Part shown: in pieces, positions 1-13,500 of the stretch
Layout: every line of letters starts with the position of its first letter
How positions within the stretch are numbered: the stretch's first letter is position 1
Assembly (NCBI GenBank): GCA_028534125.1
Contig: CM052816.1
Coordinates: 5,520,001-5,584,000, forward strand
Length of the DNA stretch: 64,000 nucleotides
Reading direction: 5' to 3'
DNA from: Lama glama
Taxonomy: Eukaryota
Translations under genes and position numbers: made by a program
Notes under the pieces: model-generated
What the model was told of the DNA's origin: nothing
The model's input: only the letters and a program-made list of their open reading frames with translations
The model's database searches: none

Positions 1-88
1 GCAAAGTCTTTTGCCATGTATGCTGACATATCCGGAGGTTCTAGGGATTAGGACATGGACATCTTTGGGAGGACCATTATTCTGCCTT
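1..88 (-). mobile_element. MLT1 (MaLR) LTR 5' end, truncated by the window edge
   Basis: GGGATTAGGACATGGACATCTTTGGGAGGACCATTATTCTGCCT is the reverse complement of the MLT1C/D start. Confidence 0.75.
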
Positions 89-952
89 TAACACTGAACT
101 ATCTTGATGTAATGGAAGGAGCCTAGTGTGGGAATCAGGGACCCAGGGTCCCATTCTGGACCCTGTATTGACTTACTGTGGGATCTTTCTGGGCTTTGGG
201 CAGATATAAAAATGAAGGGCTGGGCCAAATGACACATCTCGCAGGTGGCTCCCAGTGTCCACTGTCTATGACTCTGCACATACACTTCAGGCCTGGGGCT
301 CTATTCAACAGCCCTTTTTATCTGCATGTGCCCTTTTCTTCCCACCCCCAGGGTAAAGGGAGCGGGCGCCTGCAGCAGACCCCTCACCGCCCCCTCCCTT
401 CCCCTTCCTTCCTATCATATGGCCTCTGGGCCTTTCATCCACAGTGACTTTGAAACCCTGCTATTGATTTTCCTGTCACCTCAGGTCATACCCTCCCACC
501 CTTCATCTTTCTTTAAGTGGAAGTTTGAAAACCCAGTTGGGGTGGGGGGAAGATCACCCACTGATTTTAGGGGTTGGGCAGACAGAGCAGCTCTTCCAGG
601 AGGCTGGGTGTGAAGTGCTCAGGAGGAAGTAATAGAGACTTTAAATACTCCTTTCTGATGTGAGCTGACCTGTTCTTTCATTTGCAATTGATGGTGGTTC
701 AAGCCGTGGGCTCCCAACAGTTACTGAAAAGAGAAAGAGGAAGACTAGATCATTTTCTTTTTTGCCAAATAGGAATCCTGCTTTGTTGAAAGTGAACCAG
801 CAGCCTGTTAGCTCTCCGTATTTTCTACTAGCCAAGCAGCTGATCTTGCCTAGCTCCTCCTCCATCTATTCTCTCATTGATATAATCACTTGTTAGCATC
901 TACTTTTTCTACTTTGTGTGGTAATTAGTGCATGTGCTTTGAAGTCAGATGG

Positions 953-1350
953 TCATTCATTCAGTAAATGTTTACTGGACGCCAACTTTATGTTGTACAC
1001 TTGGCCAAGCACTGGGGTCAAAATGACTAGCAAAACAGATAAAGGGCCTCTCCCCAAGGAGCTTATGCTGATGGAGGAGACAGAGGGTAACTGCATAATC
1101 CCACAAAATATGGAATTACAAATTGTGATAAATGCTATGAACAAAAAGTTGGGGAAGCTGTGAGAGCGATTACAAAAGGGCATGAGCTAATTTGGGGGTT
1201 AGGAGAGGCCACATTGAGGAAAACCTTCTGAGCCAAGATTAACTGGGTGAAAGAAGGAGCTAACAGAGACAAAAGAATCTGCCCAGATAAAGCCCTGAGG
1301 CAGAGGAAGCTGGGTCAGTTTGAGGGCTTTGGAGGAGTGTAGAGGCTGAA
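953..1350 (-). mobile_element. L2 3' fragment
   Basis: Starts with TCATTCATTCAGTAAATGTTTACTG (reverse complement of the L2 TGAA tail), then CTCCCCAAGGAGCTTA. Confidence 0.65.
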
Positions 1351-2764
1351 GGGAGAGGAAAGGAGAAGTAACATATAATTGGGAAGTTTTGAATTTATTC
1401 ATCTTGTAATAAAGTCTGTGAACAGGTTAACTTTTAGTGTCCTAATCCATAAAGTGGGTATAAAACTACCTTCCTTGCAGAGTGGCTTTGAGGATTCACT
1501 GAGATAAAATGTGCCCCAATATCTGGGCTAAGATAAAGTGCTTAGCCCAGAACTTGGTCTATTGCAATCCTGGAATAAATGGCAGCAATTACTTTTATGA
1601 CTGTGCAAGGTGCACCATTGCTGGGAGCTGGGGGACAAAGATGAATCAGATTTGATTCTTGCCTTCAAGCAGCTTCTAATATAGTTGAGGGGATCAGCAA
1701 TAGCTAGTCTGCAAGTGTGTCCCAGCTTCGCCAACCGTGCTCAGAGGGGAGCACTGACTCCGGTGGGGAGTCGGAGAAGGTGGCTTGGACGGGGAGGCAT
1801 CTATATGCCCAGCATGTAATTCTAGTCAGGCGGGAAAGCATGGACCATCTTTGCCTCCCTGGGAGCATCTGAGATGCAGAGAGAGAGAAACAGCTGCGTT
1901 CCCTGCTCTCCTGCTGAAGTGAAGGAATTCAGAGGTGCCACTTCTCTTATTAATCCAGCTGTGAGCATTTTTTTAGACCATCCTGAGCCCCGGAGGAACA
2001 AGGCGCAGAGCCTCTGAACAACATCATTAAAATGCTTCCTAAGAAGAAACTCAAGCCGAGCGAATGAGAAACTAGCAGCAGCACCAGTACCTGAGCCCAG
2101 AATGAGGGACGGGGAGTGGCTCCTGGCTAGCTCTGCACCAGTAGAGTGGAGAAGCTCCCTCACCTAAGGGTCCTGGCTTTCTCACCTGTAAAATGAAATG
2201 ATTGGCCTCGATGATGACATTCTGTGTTTCCAAAAGGAAACTATGTGAAATGGCTATGTTACTCCTTTGCTCAGATTTTGGGGACACTTTCTATCAAGAG
2301 CAAAGGAGAAAATAGAGGCAATTCCCCAGGTACTTTTGACCCTCTCTCAACCCCTTTGCACATGTAAAATCCATTCAACTGCAGTCGAAGTGAGTTTGGG
2401 AGCCTAAAACATATCTGGTAAAGTAACTCACTCCCTCACCTCATTTTCCTAATCTAGCGCTAGTGTTGATGTTCCTAAGTAACATATGACCGCAGGCAAG
2501 TCACTTAACCTTTCCAAGTATCTGTTTCCCCTTCTTAAAATGCAGACCTGTGACAGAATTGTCTCTTTGTGCCCCCTCAGCTCTCATTTTCTCTTTTTGA
2601 TTCATGGCTTTGATCCCTGTACAGGTCACTTATCTCTAGCGACAGGTGAGATGTGGAAAAAGCAACTCAGTGCGCTACCACCTCCCTGAACGTCAATGTC
2701 ACGAACTGAATAAAGTCACGTATTTAAGGGTGTCTTTTGTAGACCATCAGGATAGCTAAGTAGG

Positions 2765-2985
2765 TTATAAGCATGGGCTTTGAGGCAGGCAGGCTGGAAT
2801 CAAATCTGGTTTCTGTCACTTAGTAGCTGTGTGGCCTTGAGCAAGTGCCAATCAATGTGAAGCATGTAGAGTTCTATTTAGGCAGAAAAGCAAGAAGACT
2901 CAGTTTCCTTATCTGTAAAATGGGAGTGAAGATAACGCCTATTGCTTAGAGTTGTTATGAGGATTAAATATGTAGTGCTTTCCAA
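2765..2985 (+). mobile_element. MIR SINE
   Basis: TCTGTCACTTAGTAGCTGTGTGGCCTTGAGCAAG...CTCAGTTTCCTTATCTGTAAAATGGG...GTTGTTATGAGGATTAAAT. Confidence 0.8.
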
Positions 2986-5134
2986 GTTTCTATCTACAGG
3001 AGGACAAAATAGAGTTTCTCTGGTAAATGGGTAACTGATCTTAACCCTAGGGTTAGGGACACAGGGAACAGTGGGAACTGAGGCCAAACAGAGACTATGT
3101 ATTCTCTTTACATGGGGCGGTTTAACCCAGCTGACTGTAACACCGTAGGTCTCAGTGTTGCCAGATCTGATCTTTTTTTACCAAGAGGAACCAGAAACTT
3201 GCATTTTTATTTGAGATGGCCCAATCTTAAAATACTGGCTCACATTTAGTTTTTTTAAACACTGTGCAAATAAGATATGGTTACAGCCAGGATGTGGCCC
3301 ACAGTATTTCACTTTGTGACTTCCATTAAGTGCTCAATGAATGATGGGGAAAACCCTGGTCATCTAATTAAGTGCTCTCAACAACCCCATTTTACAGATA
3401 TGGAGACTGAGGCCAAGGCCAAGATAACTGAAATGACTTCCCCAGTGTTGCCTGGCTCGATTATATTAGAGACAGGACTCTAACTCAGTTCTTCTGACTT
3501 CCAGTTTGGTGAACTTCTGCCAAGTCACAGGAATCCTTCTAGAAGCCTGGATGGTAAGCTGCCTGGGGCAGCGATCCTTGCTTCTCCTTCCACTCCTTTC
3601 CTGCAGTGCTTACAGATAACAGTGGTTTGAGATGATGCACAGAACCTCTACCTACGTGCTGCTCATATTAACCGCAGTCCGACGGTGACTCAAGTCAGGA
3701 CGAGGGTGGTTGCAGGCTTCCAGGCATGGGAGTTGTCTCAGCTGCTCCCTTCATTCCAAGCCTCCCATCTCTGCCTACTTTCCCTGAGATCAGATACAAC
3801 ATGAGTTTCAGTTGTAATGTATCTTTTTAAAAAGGTTACAGGACAAAATAATCCTCAGTACAATGTAATAATAAAATATAATCTCCTTTGTGGTTATATC
3901 CTTGAGCGTTAGCAAATTTTAAGCTAAAAATGGATAGTTTTAATTTTAATAAAAACAAGATTAGTAAATGAAAATCTACTATAACTCTTATTAGAAAGAG
4001 CTAAAGCATTGCTGCCTCTAATAGAGCTTTCAGGTGCCCTCCCCACGTTCCACATCTCCTGGTGCATCCTCCCCTCTGAGGAGCCTGAGAGGTGTACCTA
4101 CATTGCCTTTTGAAATCTTCCTCTTGGGCCCCAATTCTCAGCCTTCATTTCCTTCACTTTAAATTCTAGTGCAAACCAGCTCAGCCCTCCCATCAGCATC
4201 CCCTGACTCTTGACAGGCTCTCTGCCCATCAGGAAGTCTGCTCTGCTCCATTCTAAGAACCTTGTTAGGGGTGACTGGGATGGGTACCATTGGCAAGTCG
4301 CTTCTGGAAACAAGTTTCCTACTTTGGCAGGAGATGGAGCAGGGACTCTCCCGCTGGGGGACTGGCGTGGCTTATCAGACTTCATCTCAACTCTATGTTC
4401 TTGACTGGGGTTTTCATAATTTCTTTTCCCTCAATTGCTTCCTCTGAAAGGTATTTGCATTTAAACAAGTGTTTGCTCCCCCGCTGATTATTTTCCCCCT
4501 CTTTGATTCCGTTGCAAAAGCAGCCGGAGTTGCTGGCGTGTTGGTGTCTGGATGGGCTCCATGGCAACAGCTGGGAGTTGAATGGTGTGAACTTCACCTC
4601 TTCCCTTTCGCAGATATGGTTGGCAGAGTAGGCACATTTAGGAGAAATTTCGAGGAAGTGGAAACGGAACTCTTTGTCACCTCTGGGTCTCCTGGGCCTG
4701 CTTCAAAAACCTCTAGGTAGATTGCAATAAGTAGAATTTCTCAGAGAGGAGGAACCCCTGTAGGTGATACTTTAAAGCCAAGAGCACATGATTCTATCCA
4801 GGGAGAGTGGTATAAGGAGCAAAAAGAATAGGATTCCAGGGTCTCTCTGACACTGACCCATGGCATGACCTTGAGCAGGCGGATGATCTCTGGTTAATTT
4901 GAGTGCTTTTGCATTTTGCTGAATCGGGGAGGTGAACTCCAGGACCTTCTTCTGTGGGGGCTTAGCTCACCTTGCACTAACAGAGGGGTTTAGCATGTTA
5001 AACATACAAGCTTTGGTACAAAGCTGGGTCCCAAACCCAGATGCATCCCATACACACTTGTGACTTTAGACAAAGAACTTAACTGTTTGCAGCCCTGACT
5101 TCTCCATGGGGTAAAATGGGGTTGTAGTAGTTGA

Positions 5135-5552
5135 GACTGTTGTTCTCAATTCTTCACATCCTCAGATTTCCATGTGACCTTGCTGTGCACATTTGACTTG
5201 ACTGCACATTTTCTCACTGTGTGGACTTGGCCATATGACTTGTTTGGGCCAATGGAATATTAAGGACTTGGTGTGAGCAGAGGTCATAAATATGCTTCCA
5301 GGGTTTGGTTTGGTTCCTATGACCTACCATGGAAAGAACATGAACTTTTTAGTGTCTGGTCTAAGGAGAGTGAGGACACATGTGGAATAGACTGGGGATC
5401 ATCATTAGCCCAGAGACTACCTATGGCGTGAAGCTGACCCCCTCCCAAACTGGCCTGCAGACCCATGAGCTAGAAAATGAAATGCTTTTTGTTGTAAGCC
5501 ATTGGGGGGTAGTTTGTTATGCAGCATTGTTGTGGCCATTGCTGACTAATAC
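5135..5552 (+). mobile_element. Old MLT1 (G/H/I-like) LTR
   Basis: GGCCATATGACTTGTTTGGGCCAATGGAATA and 3' end TTGTAAGCCATTG...GTTTGTTATGCAGCATTGTTGTGGC...CTGACTAATAC. Confidence 0.7.
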
Positions 5553-5876
5553 CGAGAAGCTACAACAGTGGGGATTAAATGAGAATGTGCATATGTTACG
5601 TGGATATTGGTATCTCCCCGTGCCACTGCTTTATTCAGTCTGCACCAGCCCCCAGGTAGGACTCTGATGTTATGAATGCTACCTTCCCTGGATACCCACC
5701 CCACCCAAATCCAGTCAGTGACTTCAAGAAGCAACATCAATTTTACTAATATCTGGTCATCTCTCTCTATCTGCCCTCAAACCCCAAGTACCCTCTGAGA
5801 TACTCCTTATCACCTTTTTTATCCTCAGAGGATAAAAGAGCTTCAGCTTGCCCCCTCTGGTCTTGTGTCCTTGCCC

Positions 5877-5974
5877 TTTATTTATTTATTTATTTAACAT
5901 TTTTTATTGAGTTATAATCATTTTACAATGTTGTGTCAAATTCCAGTGTAGAATACAATTTTTCAGTTATACAT
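5877..5974 (-). mobile_element. Very short 5'-truncated young L1 3' end
   Basis: (TTTA)n tail plus TTGAGTTATAATCATTTTACAATGTTGTGTCAAATTCCAGTGT, flanked by direct repeat CTTGCCC (5870-5876 and 5975-5981). Nearly identical to the copy at 20967. Confidence 0.75.
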
Positions 5975-6099
5975 CTTGCCCATCATTTAATGTTGGCTTC
6001 AGGTACACCCAAGAGCAGCAGCAAGCGAGACTTCACATGTCAAGGTCCCTCCCCTTAGATGGCATGGCAGACACTGTCTTTGTTCCGCCCATAGCCCTT

Positions 6100-6512
6100 G
6101 GGCACTCACTGTCCCAAATTGCCACTTCTTTTGCTTCTTCACTGGTACACTTGTGACTTTTTGTCTGAAGACCTTGCTCAGCTTGCATGTGGGCAGGACA
6201 GAAATGCCAGGAGGTGGACTTTGTCGGGTGATGGACAGGACTTGGTGGATAGATCCCTCAGATTCTTCATTCTCTCGATGAGGCAACTCTGAGGCAGGTT
6301 CTACGCTGTCTCCCTAAGGAGCCTAGCAGATTTGAGCCTCACTTGTCCACAGCAGTCATTCTCTCAATCACACCCAGTGTTGACTTCTTTCCTTTCCCTT
6401 TCTTTCTTAATCCACTCCCTTATCATCACTTCCCAGGATTACCTCCAAATAAGCTATGTGCACCCTGATCTTTGTCTTAGGGTCTACTTCTGGAGGAACC
6501 CAACTTCCAACA
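6100..6512 (+). mobile_element. LTR16-like ERVL LTR
   Basis: 3' end TTCCCAGGATTACCTCCAAATAAGCTATGTGCAC...TTGTCTTAGGGTCTACTTCTGGAGGAACCCAAC...ACA; the 5' boundary is approximate. Confidence 0.65.
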
Positions 6513-6867
6513 TAAGTATAACTGTGTGCAAATGTATAGATGATATAAAGAGCGAGCAAATACTTTTTCTTGCTGTAATAGTTTTTCCTTCTCTTAGTGC
6601 AGTGCCAAGCAGACAGTGAGCATTCCATAAACGGTGACCAGGATGATAATGATGATGGTAACTCTTGTGAGAGTAATCTCTGTACACTTTAGTTGGGGTG
6701 CACTTGGCATTGTACCCCAACGATCTTCTTGGTAGACCTTCTTGCTTGTTGCTCGAACACCTGAACTCATGAATGTCTGTTTTATTTGCAGCCCTTGGTC
6801 TGACCTTAAGAACAATAATAATCCATAAGTTCCAAGGAGCATTTTAGAGTTTATAAAATAAGTTACA

Positions 6868-7160
6868 GTTCATTCATTCAACATTCATTTTTTTGAATTT
6901 TTGTTTTAAAATGCCTGCTATATGCCAGATATTGCTGGGAAAAATGGCAGAGATCAAGACTGGCAAAGCCTGTGCCCTCATGGTACTTGTGTTCTAGACA
7001 GGGAGAGCCACACAATTTAACATTGAATTAATTCATTAATATTATAAACAAATATTTAAAATACATGTTTTACAAGCAAATAATTAAAGCTTAATTAAAC
7101 AGACTGTGGTAGGTGCTACATAGAAAATAGAATAGGATTGTATGATAGGGAGAGATGGGT
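6868..7160 (-). mobile_element. L2 3' fragment
   Basis: TTCATTCATTCAACA...TGCCTGCTATATGCCAG...TGTGCCCTCATGG...TTCTAG. Confidence 0.65.
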
Positions 7161-9882
7161 GATCAGGGCCAGTGATTCTGCAGAGAGAATAGGTACCCAG
7201 GAGTTCAGGTGTTTAGCTGGAGTATGGAGAGGACATGTTTCATCTTGGAATCTTATAACAACCTTTCCAGGTACCTATTCTTACTTCTCTCACCCCTTCC
7301 CCTCCTTTTTTCCAACGAGGAAACCATAGCTCAGAGAAATCAGGTGCCTGGCCCCATGTCACAGAAGAAGGAACTGTGACTTAAAACCAGTTGTTTGGCA
7401 GTTACCCAGAAGGCACAGTACAGCAGAAGACCTCAGATGAGAATGTCAGGAATCCAGATGACTGCCTCACCCCCCACCAATCCCTGACTCCCGTGTTGGG
7501 GATATGATCATCTCTAAGCCAGTGTCACTGATGACCCCCCACCCACCTGCTCAGTGTTACCAGCCAATACACCCAGCAGGAGGAAGGCAGTCCTCACCAG
7601 TCCTTCCCAACCAGAGCCAGCTGGGTGCCTGGAGCAACACACACTGTCTGGTCCACTGTGTCAGCCAAAGATGCCAGCTGTCACCTGGCAGCCTTTGGAT
7701 GATGCAGCAATTCAGGGAAGTGTCACTGCTAACTCAGTCACACCTCCTGCTGCATACGGCAGCCGCAGACCCACAGCATGAGCACTGAGGGAGGGCCTTC
7801 ACTTCCAGACACTGTGCCAATGGTGGGCGGGGGAGCCAGGCAAGCTGGTTCCCGTCTACAGCCTAGCACACATGCTTTCCCAATCTTCGAGTTCTGAGCT
7901 CAGGACTTCATAGACACAACTTCTCTGAGTTTACCATATTTGAAGCTAATCAGTAGTGCCTTCTGTCTAAAATTTTCCTTGTGAGGAAATAGACGCACAG
8001 TCCAGGCAATGATGTGCTTGTATTCATTGCAGTTATGAGCTCTGGCTAGAACCTAGGGCCCTTCTAAGTCTTGGTCTTCAACCGAGTGCTGAGTATCTGC
8101 TAAGTGCCAGGCACGGTGCTAGATGCCGATAAGCTCACTTCTACCAAGCAAAAGAGAAATATGAACAGTTATGAGCATTACCTTAGAAGTGATGTGATAG
8201 GAATAGGTATGGTCACCTCTGGGGGACCCCCAAAGTGGTAAGCTACACTTCTCCAGTGTGGAGAGGGCAGGCGGGTAGGTGGGATCTTGAGGGTCTAATA
8301 CAAAGGTCATGCTTGAGCTTTCTCCTACTCTTTCCTATAAGATTTATTACCATTTTCCATGTGCTTAAACTCATTTTGCTAAAAGCAAAAAAAAAATCAT
8401 TTATTTTTAGCTTCAGTTTTAAGATTATCATGAAGAAAGCATTATTATCAAAAGGTCCCCAAGCCTCTCTCTGTTTCAGTTTCTTGGGAAGACTAAAGGA
8501 GTTAAAATATATACAATTAAAATATAGACAGAATGAGGCCCTGAACTATATGCTATGATTCTTGTCTTCCATCCCAGAGGACACCATTAGCTGGAAATTG
8601 GATATGAATAAGCCACGGCAACAATTCAGACACCTGCAGTTTCCAAATTCTGCCCCTGGGAGCTGCAGGAGCCACATCCGGCCTCAGTGAGCTGGGGTCC
8701 GTGGGTGCAGCCTATACCACAGGTCATCTGCAGCGCTGCTTGCGGATCGCTGTGGGATATCCTTTGGGTATATGAAGGTGATGTTTATTGCTTCTCAAAA
8801 GACAAACATGGCCTGTGGGTTTGTTATTGTTTACTACAGGCCAGCATTTGTCTCTTTGTTAAAACACACATACCAACAAAGTAACAAACAAAAAAGTCCA
8901 AATTGCAAAGCATCATGATTGAGAGACAAATCAGGAGACAGAGATAAACCATCACAGCCATTTTCAAAGCCTGCTGAGCTTGGGACAGGGGCTTGGGGAG
9001 GTTCTGCACAGAAACGACACCCCAGTCGGGTCTTGGGTGTTCGGTTTTTTCTGGCATCACATGAGAGGGGCTGGCAAAGACTGGGATGGTTTAGTTGTGA
9101 GTGGAAGTTTGGATTTCAGAACAGAGCAGTAGCTGGGAACTTAGAGCCTAAATGTCCCTGTCAAGGAGGCTCTAGTGCATTAAAGACCCACCAAGAAACA
9201 CCTGGGGTGAGAGGACTGGCAGCCAACTAGTCCGAGACATTGGGGTGGCCACATACAAGCCAATGTGTGAAACAAGCAGCATCTGTCTAGCACTCAGGAT
9301 ACAGAGTTTAGGTCCTCGCAGCCTGAGGGAGGGAGGAAGAAGCTCAGTGTCTGGGATATACCAAGGCAAAAGGAGTTCGAAGCTCAGTTTGGGGGCCCAC
9401 CAGAGCACAGTAGACCCTGCGGCTTGTCTGTCTCTGTGTCTTCTAGGATTTCATTGTCCCTCCCCCTCCCCCAGGATTTTGTCCTCCAGGGGTGTCACCC
9501 TGCCTACAGCTACCCGGAAAAATCCTGTTAGGGACTTGCTAAATAAATCATGCCACTGCTCAAACACCTTCAGCAACTGCCCCAAACACACAGAATAGAG
9601 TCCAAATCCCAAACTCAGCAATCAAGGCAGCTTACCCTGACATGGCCCTTAAGTTTCACCACTTCTCTAAGCCTCAATTTCACCACAACATACATGCTCA
9701 CTGCAGATGGACCTGCATTTACTGTCTCTGGGCCTTTGCTGATGCTATTTCCTCTGCTTGAAGGCCTTCCTGAGGGCTGCTCTTCCCTCATCCTAACCTT
9801 GCCATTCATCCAACAAGATTTTATTTGATCGGTGTGTTTATTATGGGGCAGATACTGTTCTGATACTGTTTGAAATGGCCAT

Positions 9883-10288
9883 AGGGGCAAATTTCAGAAA
9901 AAGTCATAAATTCTTCCCCTCCTTGAATCCATGCCCTCTTGCCTATAACTTTGAGTGCCCTCCCATCCTGACACTGGGCTCAGGACTGGTTTTGGCCAGT
10001 GGGATATTAGCAGATGTGATGCAAGCAGCAGCCTGGAAAGTGCTTGTACCCCTTTTGCTTCTCTTGGAAACCTTCTGCCTCTGTACGTATGAGACTGGGC
10101 TGGCTGTGAAACAGAGATGATGGCTCAGCCAAGGGCCCAAGATCAGTCAGCCCCAAGTGGACCCTGAGTCTGTTCACAGATGCATGAGTGAGCCCAAATC
10201 ACCATCCACAGAATCCTGTGCTAAATAAATAGTGGTGGTTTTAACCGCTTTTAGGGTGGTTTCTTAAACACAGTAGATGACTAATGCA
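9883..10288 (+). mobile_element. Old MLT1 (G/H-like) LTR
   Basis: TTTGGCCAGTGGGATATTAGCAGATGTGATGCAAGCAG...TGCATGAGTGAGCCCA...TTTTAGGGTGGTTT...GACTAATGCA. Confidence 0.7.
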
Positions 10289-10294
10289 GCCATT

Positions 10295-10792
10295 GATTCG
10301 TCTTAGGCTCTCCTCTCTCTTACCCTTCTGTTGGTACTAGCAACCTGCTTTTATATTGATAAACACCCTCCTCCACTCTCAGTCCATGCTTCTGGTGAAG
10401 CTAGTCCACCTGCTCCTCGGACTCCAGGGACTGTCATCAGTGTTATCTCTGGCCACCAGGATAGGCATATAGCTCAAACATAGGTCTAAGGACCCAGATC
10501 TGGAATTTTTGTTGGAATTCTTGGAACAGTAATGCTCTTTTCCCAACAAGGTGGCTAGGCCAGGAGAATGTCAGCCTCGAGTGCTCACACAGCTCCCCCA
10601 GAAGAGAGAAGGACAGAGAGACAGAGAGTGAGTCCTCCTGACATGGGTCCCTGGATCAGCCTGTGCTTACAATTCCATCTCTCCTTGGGCTTTTTTAGTT
10701 ACACAAGACAGAAGAAAAATCCTATATTTCTGTGTAAGCCAGTATGAGTGGGCTGTCTGTCATTCATACCCCAAAATTTCTGACTGATAACA
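10295..10792 (+). mobile_element. Old MLT1 (J/K-like) LTR
   Basis: CCACTCTCAGTCCATG...CCCTGGATCAGCCTGTG...TAAGCCAGTATGAGTGGG...CTGACTGATAACA. Confidence 0.6.
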
Positions 10793-11554
10793 CTCCTCAA
10801 ATGCTACCTTCTCCGAAATCTTCATCCTCCGACAAGAATGGTGGTTCCTATAGATTTTTTGCATGTGGTCAAGAACACTAATTTCAAGTCAGAGGCCCTG
10901 GGCCCCAAATTCTGGGTTTTCCATTTGCTTAATTTCCATTTGCTAAATGTTAAATTTCCACGTAAGCCATGTAACATCTCCAAGCCTGAATGAAACAGCT
11001 GCTTTAATATCACGCAGCTCACAGGTTTGTTGTGAAGAGTAAATGAAACCATGTGTGTAAATTACGTGGTACATGTTTAGCAACTGTTATTGTTTAAAAA
11101 AACAAAAAACAAACTATTTCAATTATTTTTTACTCTCCTGATGGCAAAAATAATGGCTTCATTGGCCCTGTATACTCTATTTATTACGTGTTACATTTCT
11201 TTCTGTTCTCAGCCCACTGCATAAGGCCTTAAACATAGTAGACACACATTTTAATATGTGGGTTCTTTGGGCAAGTTGATAAGGAATCTGTCTTCTCATC
11301 CCAACACCCCTGGTGACTTTCTTCCTGGTCATCCAGTCACCCTGGGGTAGGAAAATGGCTGATTTTGAGAAAGTGTCAGGTTGGAGTCTCAATCATCCAG
11401 CATGTTTCTGGTCTTCTCCTTTGGAACCCAGTGGGAACATAAAATATTGTCTTTGCTTATAGTATAGCTTGGTTCCAGAGCAGCAGGTTGATAAAGCACT
11501 TGGTGTGTGCTAGGTACTGTCCTAAGTGACTGGGAAGAAGGTGGCCACTTGTCA

Positions 11555-12126
11555 GCAGTATGATTAATGGACACTGGTTTTTGTTGCCTGCCTGTATCCT
11601 TTCCTCCCTCTCCTGATGCTGCCAAGTCAAATTTTATTGAGGAATCATCCCTGCTCTGCCTCTCAGTCTGTGCAATATTAGAGGGGTGGGCTTTCCTTCA
11701 GCTCCTGCTTTGGGCCCTTGAATGAGGCCTGACCAGCCAGGACACTGCATCTCTCTGATCACAGGGCTTGCTTTGGAGATGGGCATGTGACCTATGACAG
11801 GCTGGTGGGTGTCAGCTCTGGGAATTTACTGGAACTATTAAGGAAGAGAAGTTCTACTGGGGTTGCTAGGCTAGAAGGATGAAGCCTAGGGTTTGTGGCC
11901 TCCATCTTGCAACCAAGAAGAAAAGCCTGTCTGAGGTGATGGCACCAGAGAGGGAAAGGGAAAGCCAGGGCACTAGATGGACAGTCATGATATCTTTGAG
12001 CCCCTCTAGCCAGCTGAACTTGAAGACCACCTTACCCCTGGACCTTTTAGTTACTTGAGCCAATATTTTCCCTTTTTTATTTAAGATAGCCAGAAGTGGG
12101 TTTCTGTCACTGAAAGAGTCATAAAC
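11555..12126 (+). mobile_element. Old MLT1 (K-like) LTR
   Basis: GGAGATGGGCATGTGACC...GGCCTCCATCTTGCAACC...CCTGGACCTTTTAGTTACTTGAGCCAATA...GGGTTTCTGTCACT. Confidence 0.65.
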
Positions 12127-13274
12127 AGTCTCTCTCAGCCTCAGGTTTGTCCTCTGGGAAATAGGGTTTAACAATACCTCCCCCCACCGCCACCACCGCC
12201 CCAGCACATAAGCTATGTGGCACAGGGCTGGCACAGAGTGGGAGCTCCACAACTGGTAACTGTCCTTTTCCTCTGAGCTCTGGGAGTGAGGGTGGCATCC
12301 CCCCTCTCTTTCTAGGCAGCAGCTCCTCCTCTGTTGGCCAGCTGACTGGAAATTGCCAAGAAGGCCAACAGCCTTCCTTCTGTGTTGCAAATAGCATCAT
12401 CTCATCCGGGTGGACAGAGGAGCTCAGTGGAACATATATTTGTCCCTGATCTCTGGTTTCTGATTGCCACCTGGGATGTGCCCAATAGGCAGCCTGCTGT
12501 GTCCTACACACCACGGCCAGATGATAACTCTTTGATTTTTGCTCTTCTCTGCTTCTTGGGAATAATGGGTCCATAATGAATTGCATCCACAAGAATAGCT
12601 GTAATTGTAACAGTGCCACAGACAGGGAGCTGGCAAATCAACCAGTCACATGAAACATGCCTATTTTGTTCCAATCACTTTCTTTGGAAGGGCTACCAAC
12701 TTTGTTTTCCCATCCCAAACTTTTAATAAGCAGCAGGCTTTCTGTGGAAGGAGGATAATGAAAGCCAGACATCTGGAAGGTTTTATTCTTGGTTTGTTTG
12801 TTTTATTCCCTTGCCTTACAATTTCCCTTTCAATTGGGTCTCAGGGGAAAAAAACCTTGCTGCACCCCTTCCTCCCAAATATCTTAGCCACCCTGGCATT
12901 GTGTCAAGGAATCGACACCTCCCTGATATCTTGATATTTGGAATCATCTATATGCTGACTGAGGTGTTGATGACTGATATTCTTATAGAAATCTCAGAGG
13001 AGATCTCAAAGAGTACACTGTGCACAGTCAAGGAGATGGATGGTTGTGGGGTGGAGGGTAGGGCTGCAAAGATTGGTAGACAGGGGAGGTCCCTGGCCAT
13101 CCTGAGTTGTTTCCTGTCAGTGTGTCTTCTTGAAAGAAGTCAATCTTGGCTCTCTGAGACCCTGGGATCCACACAGAACCAAATGATAAGCAGTCAACAG
13201 TCAGGATGGTAAATACGACTTCCTAATGTTTTACTGGGACTGTACATAAACATAAGAAGAATCATATTAATTAT

Positions 13275-13500
13275 ATTTAGTAGCTACTATCCTTGTATAC
13301 TTGCTATATGCCAGGCACAGTGCCAAGTACTTGGTATCCGTTTTCTCATTTAATCCTTACAACAACCCAGGAGGTTAGGTACCATTACAATCCCTATTTT
13401 TTAGTCAAGAAAACTGGAACTTGAAAAGAAAAATGGCTTGACCCAGGCAGGGCAAAGGCTGAGTTTTGACCTCATAACCTACCTTTTAACCACCATGTTG
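13275..13500 (-). mobile_element. MIR SINE
   Basis: TATGCCAGGCACAGTGCCAAG...TCTCATTTAATCCTTACAACAACCC. Confidence 0.7.

Noticed and set aside
11866..12619. 174-aa and 166-aa minus-strand ORFs
   Set aside because: They overlap MLT1/MIR remnants and have no recognisable homology or exon structure.
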